This document shows positions 8,036-16,112 of a DNA stretch of 32,000 nucleotides, piece after piece. The translations under genes and the position numbers were made by a program. The notes under the pieces were generated by a model. It made no database searches. It was not told the origin of the DNA and saw nothing but the letters and a program-made list of their open reading frames with translations. The DNA lies in assembly GCA_043805145.1 (NCBI GenBank), contig JAZDIK010000099.1, forward strand, positions 31,443-63,442, in the 5' to 3' direction. The DNA is from Pseudomonadota bacterium. Lineage in GTDB: Bacteria; Desulfobacterota; Syntrophia; Syntrophales; Fen-1087. Numbering within the stretch: the stretch's first letter is position 1; every line of letters starts with the position of its first letter.

Positions 8036-10443
8036 TGTTGGTTAGTTTGCGTTGGCTCAAAGATTATATCGACATCGACCTTGCGCCGACTGAGCTGGCG
8101 GACCGTCTGACAATGGCAGGTCTGGAGGTCGAAAACATCCGTGAAACGGCACCTGACTTCAGCGGGGTCGTTGTCGCGAAAATCCTTTCCATCAAGCCCC
8201 ATCCCGATTCGGAAAAATTGTCGCTCTGTGAGGTGACGACGGGGAAGGACGTCCTGCCGATTGTCTGCGGTGCCGGAAACATTCGAATCGGCGATGTCGT
8301 GCCGCTGGCCCGCGTCGGAGCGACCATTCCCGGCGGCTATACCATCAGGAGTTCCCGGATTCGGGAAGAGCGTTCGGAAGGCATGCTCTGCTCCGAAGAG
8401 GAACTTGGTATCGGTCCGGAACGTTCTGGCATCATGATCCTGCCGGCTGAACTCCCGCTCGGACAGGATTTGATCGACGCCCTGAATCTGCGGGATATCG
8501 TCTTGGATATAGGAATCACCCCGAACCGGCCGGATTGCCTGTCCATGATCGGTGTGGCGCGGGAAATCGCAGCCATAACAGGCGGGAAGCTTAAGACGCC
8601 GGAGATTCTTCTTACGGAAGATGACGAGGACATCAACGAGATCACTTCGGTCGAGATTCTGGACACGGACCTCTGTCCCCGTTACACTGCCCGGATTGTA
8701 AAAAATGTAACGATTCGTCCTTCGCCATTCTGGATGCGCCGCCGCTTGGAATCTGTGGGGTTGCGTGCCATCAACAATGTCGTGGATGTGACCAACTTCG
8801 TCATGCTGGAATGCGGTCAACCACTCCATGCCTTCGACTACCGGTTTTTAAAAGAGGGACGCATCGTGGTCAGAAAATCCCGGCATGGGGAGACATTCAC
8901 GTCTCTCGATGAGAAGGAACGAATACTGCGGGCCGATACCCTGATGATCTGTGACGGCGTCAAGCCCGTGGCCATTGCCGGCATCATGGGGGGGCTCAAT
9001 TCCGAGATTAAGGACGACACCTGCATGGTGCTTCTGGAGAGCGCCTATTTCAACCCCGTATCGATCCGGAAGTCATCCCGCTGGCTGGGTATGAGTACCG
9101 ATGCCGCTTTTCGGTTTGAACGGGGAATCGATCCCGGAGGCGTAGTAAATGCGCTGAATCGGGCCGCCCAACTGATTGCTGACCTGTCCGGAGGGGCTGT
9201 CTGCCGCGGCCATATTGATCAGTATCCCATGAAAATCGAATTCCCACGGGACATTTCCCTGCGTATCAGAAGGGTTCGGGATATCCTGGGAAAGGCCGTT
9301 GCGCCGGCGGAGATCATGCGGATCCTGAGAGACTTAGGGATGGTTGTCAACAAAGCGGATAAATCATCTTATCGCATAACGCCGCCTACGTTCCGAGTGG
9401 ACATCAGCCGGGAGATCGATCTGATTGAAGAAATTGCCCGGCTTCATGGCTATGACCGGATTCCCGCCACGCACCCGGCCATTTCGTTCATGCCCACAAG
9501 CCAAGACCCACAAAAAGTCCTGGAAGAGCGGATTCGCACCCTGCTGAACGGTTATGGTTATTCAGAGGTGATTACATATAGTTTCGTTCCGGCAACAGCG
9601 GTTGAGAATCTAGGGCTGCCGGCCGATGATGTACGGCGAGCGACGGTAGCAATCCGGAACCCACTCACGGAAGAGCAAGCCGTGATGCGCACGACGATGA
9701 TATACAGCCTGCTGGAAACCATGCGAAGAAATGCAGATGCAGGTTGTTTTGACCTCAAGTTGTTTGAGATGGGGAGAACTTACCTGGCCAGGCAGGCCGG
9801 GATGCTCCCTGCAGAGCAAAACAGAATTGGCGGAATTCTGACCGGTGCTCGATACGATGACTGTTGGCATTATTCCGGGCTTGCTTCGGATTTTTTCGAT
9901 CTCAAGGGTTGCCTGGAGGGTCTCTTTGATCATCTAAAAATTGCTGCATTGAAATTCCGGTCGGACCTTCGGGAACCTTTCCTGCATCCCGGCCGGTCCT
10001 GTCGCATGACCATCGGGAAGGAGATGATCGGATTCCTCGGTGAGGTTCACCCGGATGTGCTGGCTAGGATGAACCTGAAGAGCCGGGCCATGGTTTTTGA
10101 AATAGACCTGGATGTTCTGGCCAGACATTTTTCTGGGATGATGGCCTATCGGGACGTTTCAAGGTTTCCTTCCAGTTCACGGGATGTGGCCTTTCTGATT
10201 TCCCGTGACTTGACGACAGAAGAGATCATTCATTTTTCCCTTGATATGCATGAAGAATTGCTTGAAAAAGTCTGTATTTTTGATGTATATGACGGAAAAA
10301 GCATCCCGGAGGGCATGATAAGTTTGGGGTTAAGGTTCTCTTACCGTGCGAATGACCGGACTTTGACGGATCAGGAAGTCGGCAGGGCGCACAAGGCTAT
10401 TGTGCAAAGAATTGTAGAAAAAAGCGGAGCTACAATCAGATAA
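8035..10443 (+). CDS. pheT: phenylalanine--tRNA ligase beta subunit
   Basis: 802 aa. [16 protein letters not shown]... N-terminus, tRNA-binding, B3/4, B5 and FDX-ACB domain pattern. TAATG stop/start overlap with pheS. Confidence 0.97.
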   Translation: MLVSLRWLKDYIDIDLAPTELADRLTMAGLEVENIRETAPDFSGVVVAKILSIKPHPDSEKLSLCEVTTGKDVLPIVCGAGNIRIGDVVPLARVGATIPGGYTIRSSRIREERSEGMLCSEEELGIGPERSGIMILPAELPLGQDLIDALNLRDIVLDIGITPNRPDCLSMIGVAREIAAITGGKLKTPEILLTEDDEDINEITSVEILDTDLCPRYTARIVKNVTIRPSPFWMRRRLESVGLRAINNVVDVTNFVMLECGQPLHAFDYRFLKEGRIVVRKSRHGETFTSLDEKERILRADTLMICDGVKPVAIAGIMGGLNSEIKDDTCMVLLESAYFNPVSIRKSSRWLGMSTDAAFRFERGIDPGGVVNALNRAAQLIADLSGGAVCRGHIDQYPMKIEFPRDISLRIRRVRDILGKAVAPAEIMRILRDLGMVVNKADKSSYRITPPTFRVDISREIDLIEEIARLHGYDRIPATHPAISFMPTSQDPQKVLEERIRTLLNGYGYSEVITYSFVPATAVENLGLPADDVRRATVAIRNPLTEEQAVMRTTMIYSLLETMRRNADAGCFDLKLFEMGRTYLARQAGMLPAEQNRIGGILTGARYDDCWHYSGLASDFFDLKGCLEGLFDHLKIAALKFRSDLREPFLHPGRSCRMTIGKEMIGFLGEVHPDVLARMNLKSRAMVFEIDLDVLARHFSGMMAYRDVSRFPSSSRDVAFLISRDLTTEEIIHFSLDMHEELLEKVCIFDVYDGKSIPEGMISLGLRFSYRANDRTLTDQEVGRAHKAIVQRIVEKSGATIR

Positions 10444-10481
10444 ACGACAATAAATTATTACTAGATGACAGGAGGGATAAA

Positions 10482-10757
10482 ATGACCAAAATCGATATTA
10501 TTCATGATGTTTATGACAAATTGGGGTTTTCGAAAAAGGATTCAGCCCGAATCGTTGAGTCTGTTTTTGATATCATGAAAGACAGCCTCGCGCGCGGTGA
10601 ACGGATTAAAATTTCCGGTTTTGGCAATTTCCTGGTGAAGGAAAAGAAATCCCGTCGAGGCAGGAATCCACAGACCGGCGATGAGATCCAAATCACCGCC
10701 CGAAAGGTGCTGACCTTTAAATCGTCACAGGTGCTCCGCAAAGCCCTGAATAATTGA
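10482..10757 (+). CDS. ihfA: integration host factor subunit alpha
   Basis: 91 aa. Contains ...RIKISGFGNFLVKEKKSRRGRNPQTGDEIQITARKVLTFKSS. This is IHF-alpha-like and sits in the classic position downstream of pheST. Confidence 0.9.
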   Translation: MTKIDIIHDVYDKLGFSKKDSARIVESVFDIMKDSLARGERIKISGFGNFLVKEKKSRRGRNPQTGDEIQITARKVLTFKSSQVLRKALNN

Positions 10758-11038
10758 TAGAGACTGGCCCGGGACGCTTCTGCTGTGAAATCCTGAAGAC
10801 CCACAAGTGAAACCATTAGACCATTGAAAGATGGGTAACGCCTGCGACTGGAAAGTCTTTTTTGATAAGAAGAAAACCAGGCGTTATCATGATATATGAA
10901 AAGCCATTGACGTCAGCTTTGAAAAGGTGAAAACCAAACGATTCGCCGCTTGAGGGTTCTTTTTTATCGAGAGGCAAGGTCCTCCAAGTGTTTAGCGGGT
11001 AACCATTATGCGCATTGATCTTAGGACTGAGGGTGGGC

Positions 11039-11380
11039 ATGGACGCATCGATTCCCGACAAAGTCTATTTCCGGATTGGTGAAGTCAGTAAGATCCTCGG
11101 CGTTGAGCCCTATGTGGTCCGTTATTGGGAGTCGGAATTCAAAGCTGTCAAGCCCGTTCGCACCCGGTCCGATCAGCGTCTCTACAGACGCCGGGACGTA
11201 GAAATGCTCCTGACAATCAAGCACCTCCTCTATGTTGACCACTTCACTATTGCCGGAGCGAAACGAAAACTGGCCATCAGGGCGAGTGATGAAGAAAGCG
11301 ACGACGGTGCAGAGGAATACAAAAGCCGGTTGTTGGAGATAAAAAGTCTCCTGCAGCAGGTGAGAAGAATGCTGCAGTAA
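11039..11380 (+). CDS. MerR-family transcriptional regulator (short, no obvious effector domain)
   Basis: MerR-type HTH (YFRIGEVSKILGVEPYVVRYWESEF...RTRSDQRLYRRRDV). The ATG at 11039 is preceded by GAGGGTGGG, so I prefer it to the track's TTG at 11015. An ihfA + MerR-like pairing also follows pheST in other proteobacteria (recalled, for example in Pseudomonas). Confidence 0.8.
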   Translation: MDASIPDKVYFRIGEVSKILGVEPYVVRYWESEFKAVKPVRTRSDQRLYRRRDVEMLLTIKHLLYVDHFTIAGAKRKLAIRASDEESDDGAEEYKSRLLEIKSLLQQVRRMLQ

Positions 11381-11414
11381 GAGGCCTTACCGCAGGAGTT
11401 CGCGCCTTTAAAGC

Positions 11415-11447
11415 GACAAAGCCGATCAAAAGTTAATCGGCTTTGTC
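11415..11447. terminator. bidirectional hairpin terminator between the convergent MerR-like and PxxKW genes
   Basis: Perfect 12-bp stem GACAAAGCCGAT / ATCGGCTTTGTC with the 9-nt loop CAAAAGTTA. It lies between the two convergent stop codons. Confidence 0.65.
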
Positions 11448-11468
11448 GTCTGTCCGATTTCGGGTTCT

Positions 11469-11750
11469 CTATTTTTTACTGGCTCGCTTCGAAGCTTTCA
11501 GAGGATTGATTTTCTGGACTGCTTCCTTGGTGTCAATTTTAATATGGGTGGCCATCGCGCATCTTCCCGACAACCATTTAGCGGCCGGTTCCGGATAGAT
11601 TTTGCAATACCTGCCCGAGGGAAAGTCCGTGACTTTGGCACAGCCATCGCATTGATCGACAATGGGATGGCAAGCGCCTCCTTTGAATCCGCAGCCCTTT
11701 TTTGACATAAAACCACAATCGACGCCGGTTTTGATGGTCTGACAAATCAT
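11469..11750 (-). CDS. PxxKW-family cysteine-rich small protein (8 Cys, lysine-rich tail)
   Basis: MICQTIKTGVDCGFMSKKGCGFKGGACHPIVDQCDGCAKVTDFPSGRYCKIYPEPAAKWLSGRCAMATH... contains the P-x-x-K-W string (PAAKW) and the Cys pattern I associate with proteins annotated as 'PxxKW family cysteine-rich protein'. I prefer the second Met (11750), which has GGA upstream; the track starts at 11774. Confidence 0.7.
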   Translation of the reverse strand: MICQTIKTGVDCGFMSKKGCGFKGGACHPIVDQCDGCAKVTDFPSGRYCKIYPEPAAKWLSGRCAMATHIKIDTKEAVQKINPLKASKRASKK

Positions 11751-12257
11751 TAAAAATTCCTTTCTGGCATTCATTACGCTAGGTGCTTGAAATAGCCCCT
11801 GCCTATCTATTAATTCAAAATCTTCTACTTGTAACGATATTAAAAATAATTGTCAAGCAAAAAAATATAATATTTATGAATCAAGCTGTGTTACGAAAGA
11901 TAACATTCCGCATAAAGGGGACGAAATATTTTTTAGAATCGCACAATTTTGCTTGATTCTCATATTTCTTTGTGTTAGGCATTGACGCAACTTTGGTTTT
12001 TAGACTCGGCATCCTAAGTCTGGTCCTTGATTTTATCGATGGATGCTGTATGTTGGGCATGTCTTTTCACTGGCGGTGATCAGTTTATAGTTTGATAAAA
12101 GCACAATGGTCGTTTTTTCCTGTGCAAATCATATACTTTTTGGGTTCCTGTTGGAAATCGCGGAGACGATGCCAGCGCTGGTGTGTAAAGGATGTCGGCC
12201 CGTGTGGAGAGGGCCGGTTAATTTAACAAAACAATGTTGAAAGGGGGAACGGAAGGC

Positions 12258-12530
12258 ATGACAAAGGCGGAACTGATCGGTGCAATGGCTAATGGTGCAG
12301 GGATTTCCAAGGCGGCAGCGGCAAAGGCTTTGGAGTCCTACATTGGGACGGTCGCAAAGGAACTCAAGAAAAGCGGAAAACTGGGTCTTGTTGGCTTTGG
12401 GACATTTTCCGTAATCAAAAGAAAAGCGAGAGAAGGCAGGAATCCCCAGACTGGAAAGACAATCAAGATACCGGCGAAAAAAGTCGTAAAGTTTAAAGCT
12501 GGTAAGGCATTAGCCGACAAAGTTAAATAA
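12258..12530 (+). CDS. hup: HU-family nucleoid-associated DNA-binding protein
   Basis: MTKAELIGAMA...VGFGTFSVIKRKAREGRNPQTGKTIKIPAKKVVKFKAGKALADKV is the canonical HU pattern. I prefer the ATG at 12258, which follows a G-rich SD, over the upstream ATG at 12234 that the track uses. Confidence 0.92.
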   Translation: MTKAELIGAMANGAGISKAAAAKALESYIGTVAKELKKSGKLGLVGFGTFSVIKRKAREGRNPQTGKTIKIPAKKVVKFKAGKALADKVK

Positions 12531-12552
12531 GTTATTTTGTTAGACATTATTC

Positions 12553-12594
12553 CACTAAGGCCTCCGGCGTTGTTTTGTTCCGGAGGCCTTAGTG
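12553..12594 (+). terminator. hairpin terminator downstream of HU
   Basis: 15-bp perfect stem CACTAAGGCCTCCGG / CCGGAGGCCTTAGTG with a 12-nt loop. The trailing T-tract is poor (GCGTTTA). Confidence 0.55.
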
Positions 12595-12630
12595 CGTTTA
12601 GAATGGACGAAAAAGTTCTTTGGAGTGTAG

Positions 12631-13623
12631 ATGGTGACAAGAAATCGGATATTAAGTGGAATGCGTCCGACGGGAAAACTTCATCTGGGCAATATGCAGG
12701 GAGCCTTGAAAAACTGGATTGATCTTCAGGCGCAACAAAAATATGAGTGCTATTATTTTGTGGCAGACTGGCACGCCCTGACCAGTGATTACAGCGATAC
12801 GGGTGACATTCAAGGTAACCGCGTCGACATGGTCATTGACTGGCTCAGCGCCGGACTGGATCCGGAGAAGAGCACCCTATTCGTGCAATCCGGCATCAAG
12901 GAACATGCCGAACTGTTCGTCATTCTCAGCATAATCACCCCACTAGCTTGGCTGGAGCGGAATCCGACCTATAAAGAAATGAGAACGGAACTATCGGGAA
13001 AAGATCTTTCCACCTTCGGATTTTTAGGCTATCCGGTATTGCAGGCCGCAGATATTATTATGTACAAGGCCAGCGGCGTGCCGGTCGGTGTCGACCAGCT
13101 TCCACATGTGGAGCTCACACGGGAAATTGCCCGCCGCTTCAATTTCCTGTACAGGGAAATCTTTCCCATCCTGGAACCGCTCCTGACTGATTTCCCCAAG
13201 CTGCTCGGCATTGACGGGCGGAAAATGAGCAAGTCCTACGAAAATTCCATTTATATCAGCGATCGGGGAAAGATCCTGAAGGACAAGGTAACCGCCATGT
13301 TCACGGACCCGCAACGCATGCGTAGAAAGGACCCGGGGAGACCGGAAATCTGTAATGTCTATACCTTTCATCAAATCTATTCGCCGGGGGAGGATGTGGA
13401 CCGCATCCGTGATGAATGCAGCAGGGCCGGCATCGGCTGCACGGATTGCAAACGACAACTGTCCGCCCGTATTTCAGAGGCTATGAGCCCGGTGCATGAC
13501 CGCCGGGATTACTACCTTCATCATCCGAACGAGGTCCGCGCCATCATCGAGAACGGAAACGCCCGGGCAACCCGGATCGCCCGGCTGACGATGGAAGAGG
13601 TTCGGGAAGTTGTTAAAATTTGA
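12631..13623 (+). CDS. trpS: tryptophan--tRNA ligase (with a C-x21-C-x6-C-x2-C cysteine motif)
   Basis: 330 aa. Class I signatures: HLGN (the HIGH variant) and KMSKS. Typical TrpRS strings (YFVADWHALT, GYPVLQAADI). Confidence 0.95.
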   Translation: MVTRNRILSGMRPTGKLHLGNMQGALKNWIDLQAQQKYECYYFVADWHALTSDYSDTGDIQGNRVDMVIDWLSAGLDPEKSTLFVQSGIKEHAELFVILSIITPLAWLERNPTYKEMRTELSGKDLSTFGFLGYPVLQAADIIMYKASGVPVGVDQLPHVELTREIARRFNFLYREIFPILEPLLTDFPKLLGIDGRKMSKSYENSIYISDRGKILKDKVTAMFTDPQRMRRKDPGRPEICNVYTFHQIYSPGEDVDRIRDECSRAGIGCTDCKRQLSARISEAMSPVHDRRDYYLHHPNEVRAIIENGNARATRIARLTMEEVREVVKI

Positions 13624-13624
13624 T

Positions 13625-14341
13625 ATGGCTTATGAGATCAAGCTCGACATCTTTGAAGGTCCGCTGGATCTGTTATTGTATCTCATTAAAAAAAACGAGA
13701 TCGATATTTACGACATCCCCATTGCACTGATTACCCGGCAGTATCTTGAATATATCGAAGTGCTGCGCTCCCTCAACCTCGATCTTGCCGGAGAATTTCT
13801 GGTGCTTGCAGCGACCTTGCTTCAAATCAAATCCAGACTGCTTCTGCCGGTGGAAGAAGATCCGTCAGCGCAGGACGAGGAAGATCCTCGTGCCGAATTA
13901 GTCAGACAGCTTCTGGATTATCAAGCCTTCAAAGAGGCGGCGCTGGATCTGGACAGGCGGCCTATTCTGGATAGGGATGTTTTTACCCGGCTATGTCCTG
14001 TGGCAGAGCCGAATGATCCGGAAGAACCTGAGGCCTTTGTGGAAATGGATATTTTTGATCTGGTCAAGGCCTTTCATCAGATATTTACCCGGTTGGACAA
14101 GGCCGAAATGATCGAAATCGAAACAGAGGAAATGTCCTTGGCCGACCGCATCAATGAAATCATGGACCGGCTCATGGAATGCAAACACCTGACTTTTACC
14201 GAACTGATCGGAACCAGGAACGACCGGCGTTGGATTCTTTTCACCTTTCTGGCATTATTGGAACTCATGAAACTGAGAATGATCAAGGCATATCAGAGTG
14301 AATCCTACGGGGCAATACGATTGTTTCTGGCCGTGGAGTAG
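13625..14341 (+). CDS. scpA: segregation and condensation protein A
   Basis: MAYEIKLDIFEGPLDLLLYLIKKNEIDIYDIPIALITRQYLEYI is the canonical ScpA N-terminus. I chose the ATG at 13625, directly after the trpS stop, instead of the track's TTG at 13610. Confidence 0.92.
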   Translation: MAYEIKLDIFEGPLDLLLYLIKKNEIDIYDIPIALITRQYLEYIEVLRSLNLDLAGEFLVLAATLLQIKSRLLLPVEEDPSAQDEEDPRAELVRQLLDYQAFKEAALDLDRRPILDRDVFTRLCPVAEPNDPEEPEAFVEMDIFDLVKAFHQIFTRLDKAEMIEIETEEMSLADRINEIMDRLMECKHLTFTELIGTRNDRRWILFTFLALLELMKLRMIKAYQSESYGAIRLFLAVE

Positions 14342-14347
14342 TGATCA

Positions 14348-14869
14348 ATGGAGCAAAAAAAAGCAATTATTGAGGCCCTTGTATTTGCATCAGAGACGCC
14401 GTTATCAGTCGAACGGATTGCCGAGATCCTGACAGGTGCCGAAAAGGCGTTCATCAGCCAGGCGCTTCAGGAACTGGTCGAAGACTACGAAGAAAGAAAA
14501 GGCGGGATTTATCTTCAGGCCGTTGCCGGTGGATACCAGTTCCTGACCAGATCCGACTTCAGCACCTGGGTAAAAAAATTAAGAACCGCAAAACCGGTGG
14601 GAGTGAGTCCTGCCGCTCTGGAAACCCTTGCAATCATTGCCTACCGTCAACCGGTTGTCAAGGCAGATATCGACCGTTTCCGCGGGGTGGACGCAGCGGG
14701 TGCGCTTAGGAGTTTGCTGGAGAAGAAGCTTGTCAGAATCGTGGGGCGCAAGGATGTTCCCGGCAAGCCGATTATTTATGGGACAACCCGTAAATTTCTA
14801 GAGGTTTTCAATCTGCAGGATTTGTCGGCCCTGCCGACCCTCCGGGAGCTGAAAGAATTGCAGGAATGA
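14348..14869 (+). CDS. scpB: segregation and condensation protein B
   Basis: IEALVFASETPLSVERIAEIL...GGYQFLTR...AALETLAIIAYRQPV are ScpB winged-helix repeats. It follows scpA. Confidence 0.92.
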   Translation: MEQKKAIIEALVFASETPLSVERIAEILTGAEKAFISQALQELVEDYEERKGGIYLQAVAGGYQFLTRSDFSTWVKKLRTAKPVGVSPAALETLAIIAYRQPVVKADIDRFRGVDAAGALRSLLEKKLVRIVGRKDVPGKPIIYGTTRKFLEVFNLQDLSALPTLRELKELQE

Positions 14870-15597
14870 AAGAGCGCATCCAGAAAATCATGGCGCAGGC
14901 AGGGATCGCGTCCAGGCGCGGTGCAGAAAAAATGATTCTTGAAGGCAGAGTCACGATCAATAATGTGCGGATTGCCGAATTAGGCGCCAGAGCTGATTCC
15001 GGACAGGACGACATCCGTGTCGACGGCCGTCTTATTAACGTTGCAATCGATAAGATATACCTGTTGCTGAATAAACCGCGTGGATATATTACAACACTCA
15101 ATGACCCCGAAAACAGGCCAACCGTGGCCCACTTGCTGACTGGCATCCAGGAGCGTGTTTTTCCTGTAGGGAGGCTGGATTTCGACACGGAGGGCCTGTT
15201 GCTGATAACCAACGACGGCGAATTTGCCCAGAGACTCCAGCATCCGCGATATCAGGTGACCAAGACGTACCGGGTCAAGGTGGAAGGCCATCTGTCAGGC
15301 CGGGAAATGCGGGCGTTTTCCGACGGTGTTCTCCTGAAGGATGGTATGTTCAAGCCGTTGCAGGCGACGCTGGAAAAAAAAAGCGCTAAAAGTTGCTGGG
15401 TTACACTAACTCTATCCGAAGGCAAAAACCGGGTGATCCGACGCGCCTTTGCGGCGATCGGCCATCCCGTAATCCGGCTGGTCCGGATTGCGCTGTCTGA
15501 TATTTTGCTGGGGGACTTGAAGCCGGGCACCTACCGGCACCTGACACGGAAAGAGATTTTCCGGTTAATTAGTGATTCAAAACAAGCAGATTTTTAG
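14866..15597 (+). CDS. rluB: 23S rRNA pseudouridine synthase, RluB/RsuA family
   Basis: S4 domain (RIQKIMAQAGIASRRGAEKMILEGRVTIN) plus the catalytic motif PVGRLDFDTEGLLLITNDGEFAQRL. ATGA overlap with scpB, in the usual scpAB-rluB arrangement. Confidence 0.9.
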   Translation: MKERIQKIMAQAGIASRRGAEKMILEGRVTINNVRIAELGARADSGQDDIRVDGRLINVAIDKIYLLLNKPRGYITTLNDPENRPTVAHLLTGIQERVFPVGRLDFDTEGLLLITNDGEFAQRLQHPRYQVTKTYRVKVEGHLSGREMRAFSDGVLLKDGMFKPLQATLEKKSAKSCWVTLTLSEGKNRVIRRAFAAIGHPVIRLVRIALSDILLGDLKPGTYRHLTRKEIFRLISDSKQADF

Positions 15598-15607
15598 AAA
15601 ATTTGTC

Positions 15608-15636
15608 TTGACATTCATCTGAAAATAAATAATAGT
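15608..15636 (+). promoter_or_regulatory. sigma70-type promoter candidate for ihfB
   Basis: TTGACA at 15608-15613 followed 15-17 nt later by the AT-rich -10 candidates ATAATA/TAATAG (15629-15635). It shares the exact 14-mer ATTTGTCTTGACAT with the tRNA-Val promoter. Confidence 0.5.
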
Positions 15637-15736
15637 CGCCAAAACTAAAAACATATTATTATGTTATTGAAGCATGCCCATATGAAGGCATATGAGAGTG
15701 GGCTTTTTCAGATCAGGCATTATGTAAGGAGGAAGT

Positions 15737-16018
15737 ATGAATAAATCTGGACTTATTGAAGCTTTAAGCAAGAAAGAAGGTTTGACGGAGAAAAGGGCGA
15801 TTGATGTTGTGAATCTGATTTTTAAGGGATTTACGGATGAGCTGAAAAAATCAGGAAGGATTGAGATCCGGGGCCTGGGAAGCTTTGTTGTGAGGGATTA
15901 TCAGGCTTATACGGGCCGGAACCCGAAGACCGGTAAAAACATTAAAGTGGCATCCAAGAAGTTGCCCTTCTTTAAAGTCGGCAAAGAGTTAAAGGGGCGC
16001 GTGGACGGTAAAAACTAG
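15737..16018 (+). CDS. ihfB: integration host factor subunit beta
   Basis: ...GRIEIRGLGSFVVRDYQAYTGRNPKTGKNIKVASKKLPFFKVGKELKGRV is IHF-beta-like (RIEIRGFGSF...P.FK.GKELR.RV). Strong SD AAGGAGG upstream. Confidence 0.88.
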   Translation: MNKSGLIEALSKKEGLTEKRAIDVVNLIFKGFTDELKKSGRIEIRGLGSFVVRDYQAYTGRNPKTGKNIKVASKKLPFFKVGKELKGRVDGKN

Positions 16019-16081
16019 TCCATCCCGTCGGTGCCGGCAATCCTGAAAGACCATCTGGAATTATTACGGAATCGTAACAGC

Positions 16082-16112
16082 GGGGGGGTCTATGACGATC
16101 CCCCCTTTTCTT
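16082..16112 (+). terminator. intrinsic terminator downstream of ihfB, overlapping the annotated start of the next gene
   Basis: 9-bp G/C-rich stem GGGGGGGTC (16082-16090) / GATCCCCCC (16097-16105), 6-nt loop TATGAC, then TTTTCTT (16106-16112). Confidence 0.75.

Noticed and set aside
8032-8829. 265-aa minus-strand ORF antisense to pheT. Similar long antisense ORFs occur at 4339..5019 and 5167..5769 (thrS), 7382..7843 (pheS), 13024..13458 (trpS) and 24188..24826 (the 580-aa gene).
   Set aside because: Each lies entirely within a confidently identified gene on the opposite strand. The translations are Arg/His/Pro-rich with no recognisable motifs. This is the typical stop-codon depletion seen antisense to GC-balanced coding DNA.
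10836-10886. Nested inverted repeats downstream of ihfA: TAACGCCTG (10836-10844) / CAGGCGTTA (10878-10886) enclosing GACT-GGAA-AGTC plus T6 (10846-10863).
   Set aside because: The inner stem is only 4 bp, too weak for a confident terminator. The outer 9-bp pairing spans 33 nt with no supporting evidence. It is noted as a possible ihfA 3' structure but cannot be supported as a feature.
11015-11038. Upstream track starts that I replaced with downstream ATGs: TTG for the MerR-like gene (11015), scpA (13610) and the lipoprotein (25812); ATG for HU (12234).
   Set aside because: In each case a downstream ATG has a better-placed SD and/or matches the conserved family N-terminus. The extensions add non-conserved residues or destroy the signal-peptide geometry.
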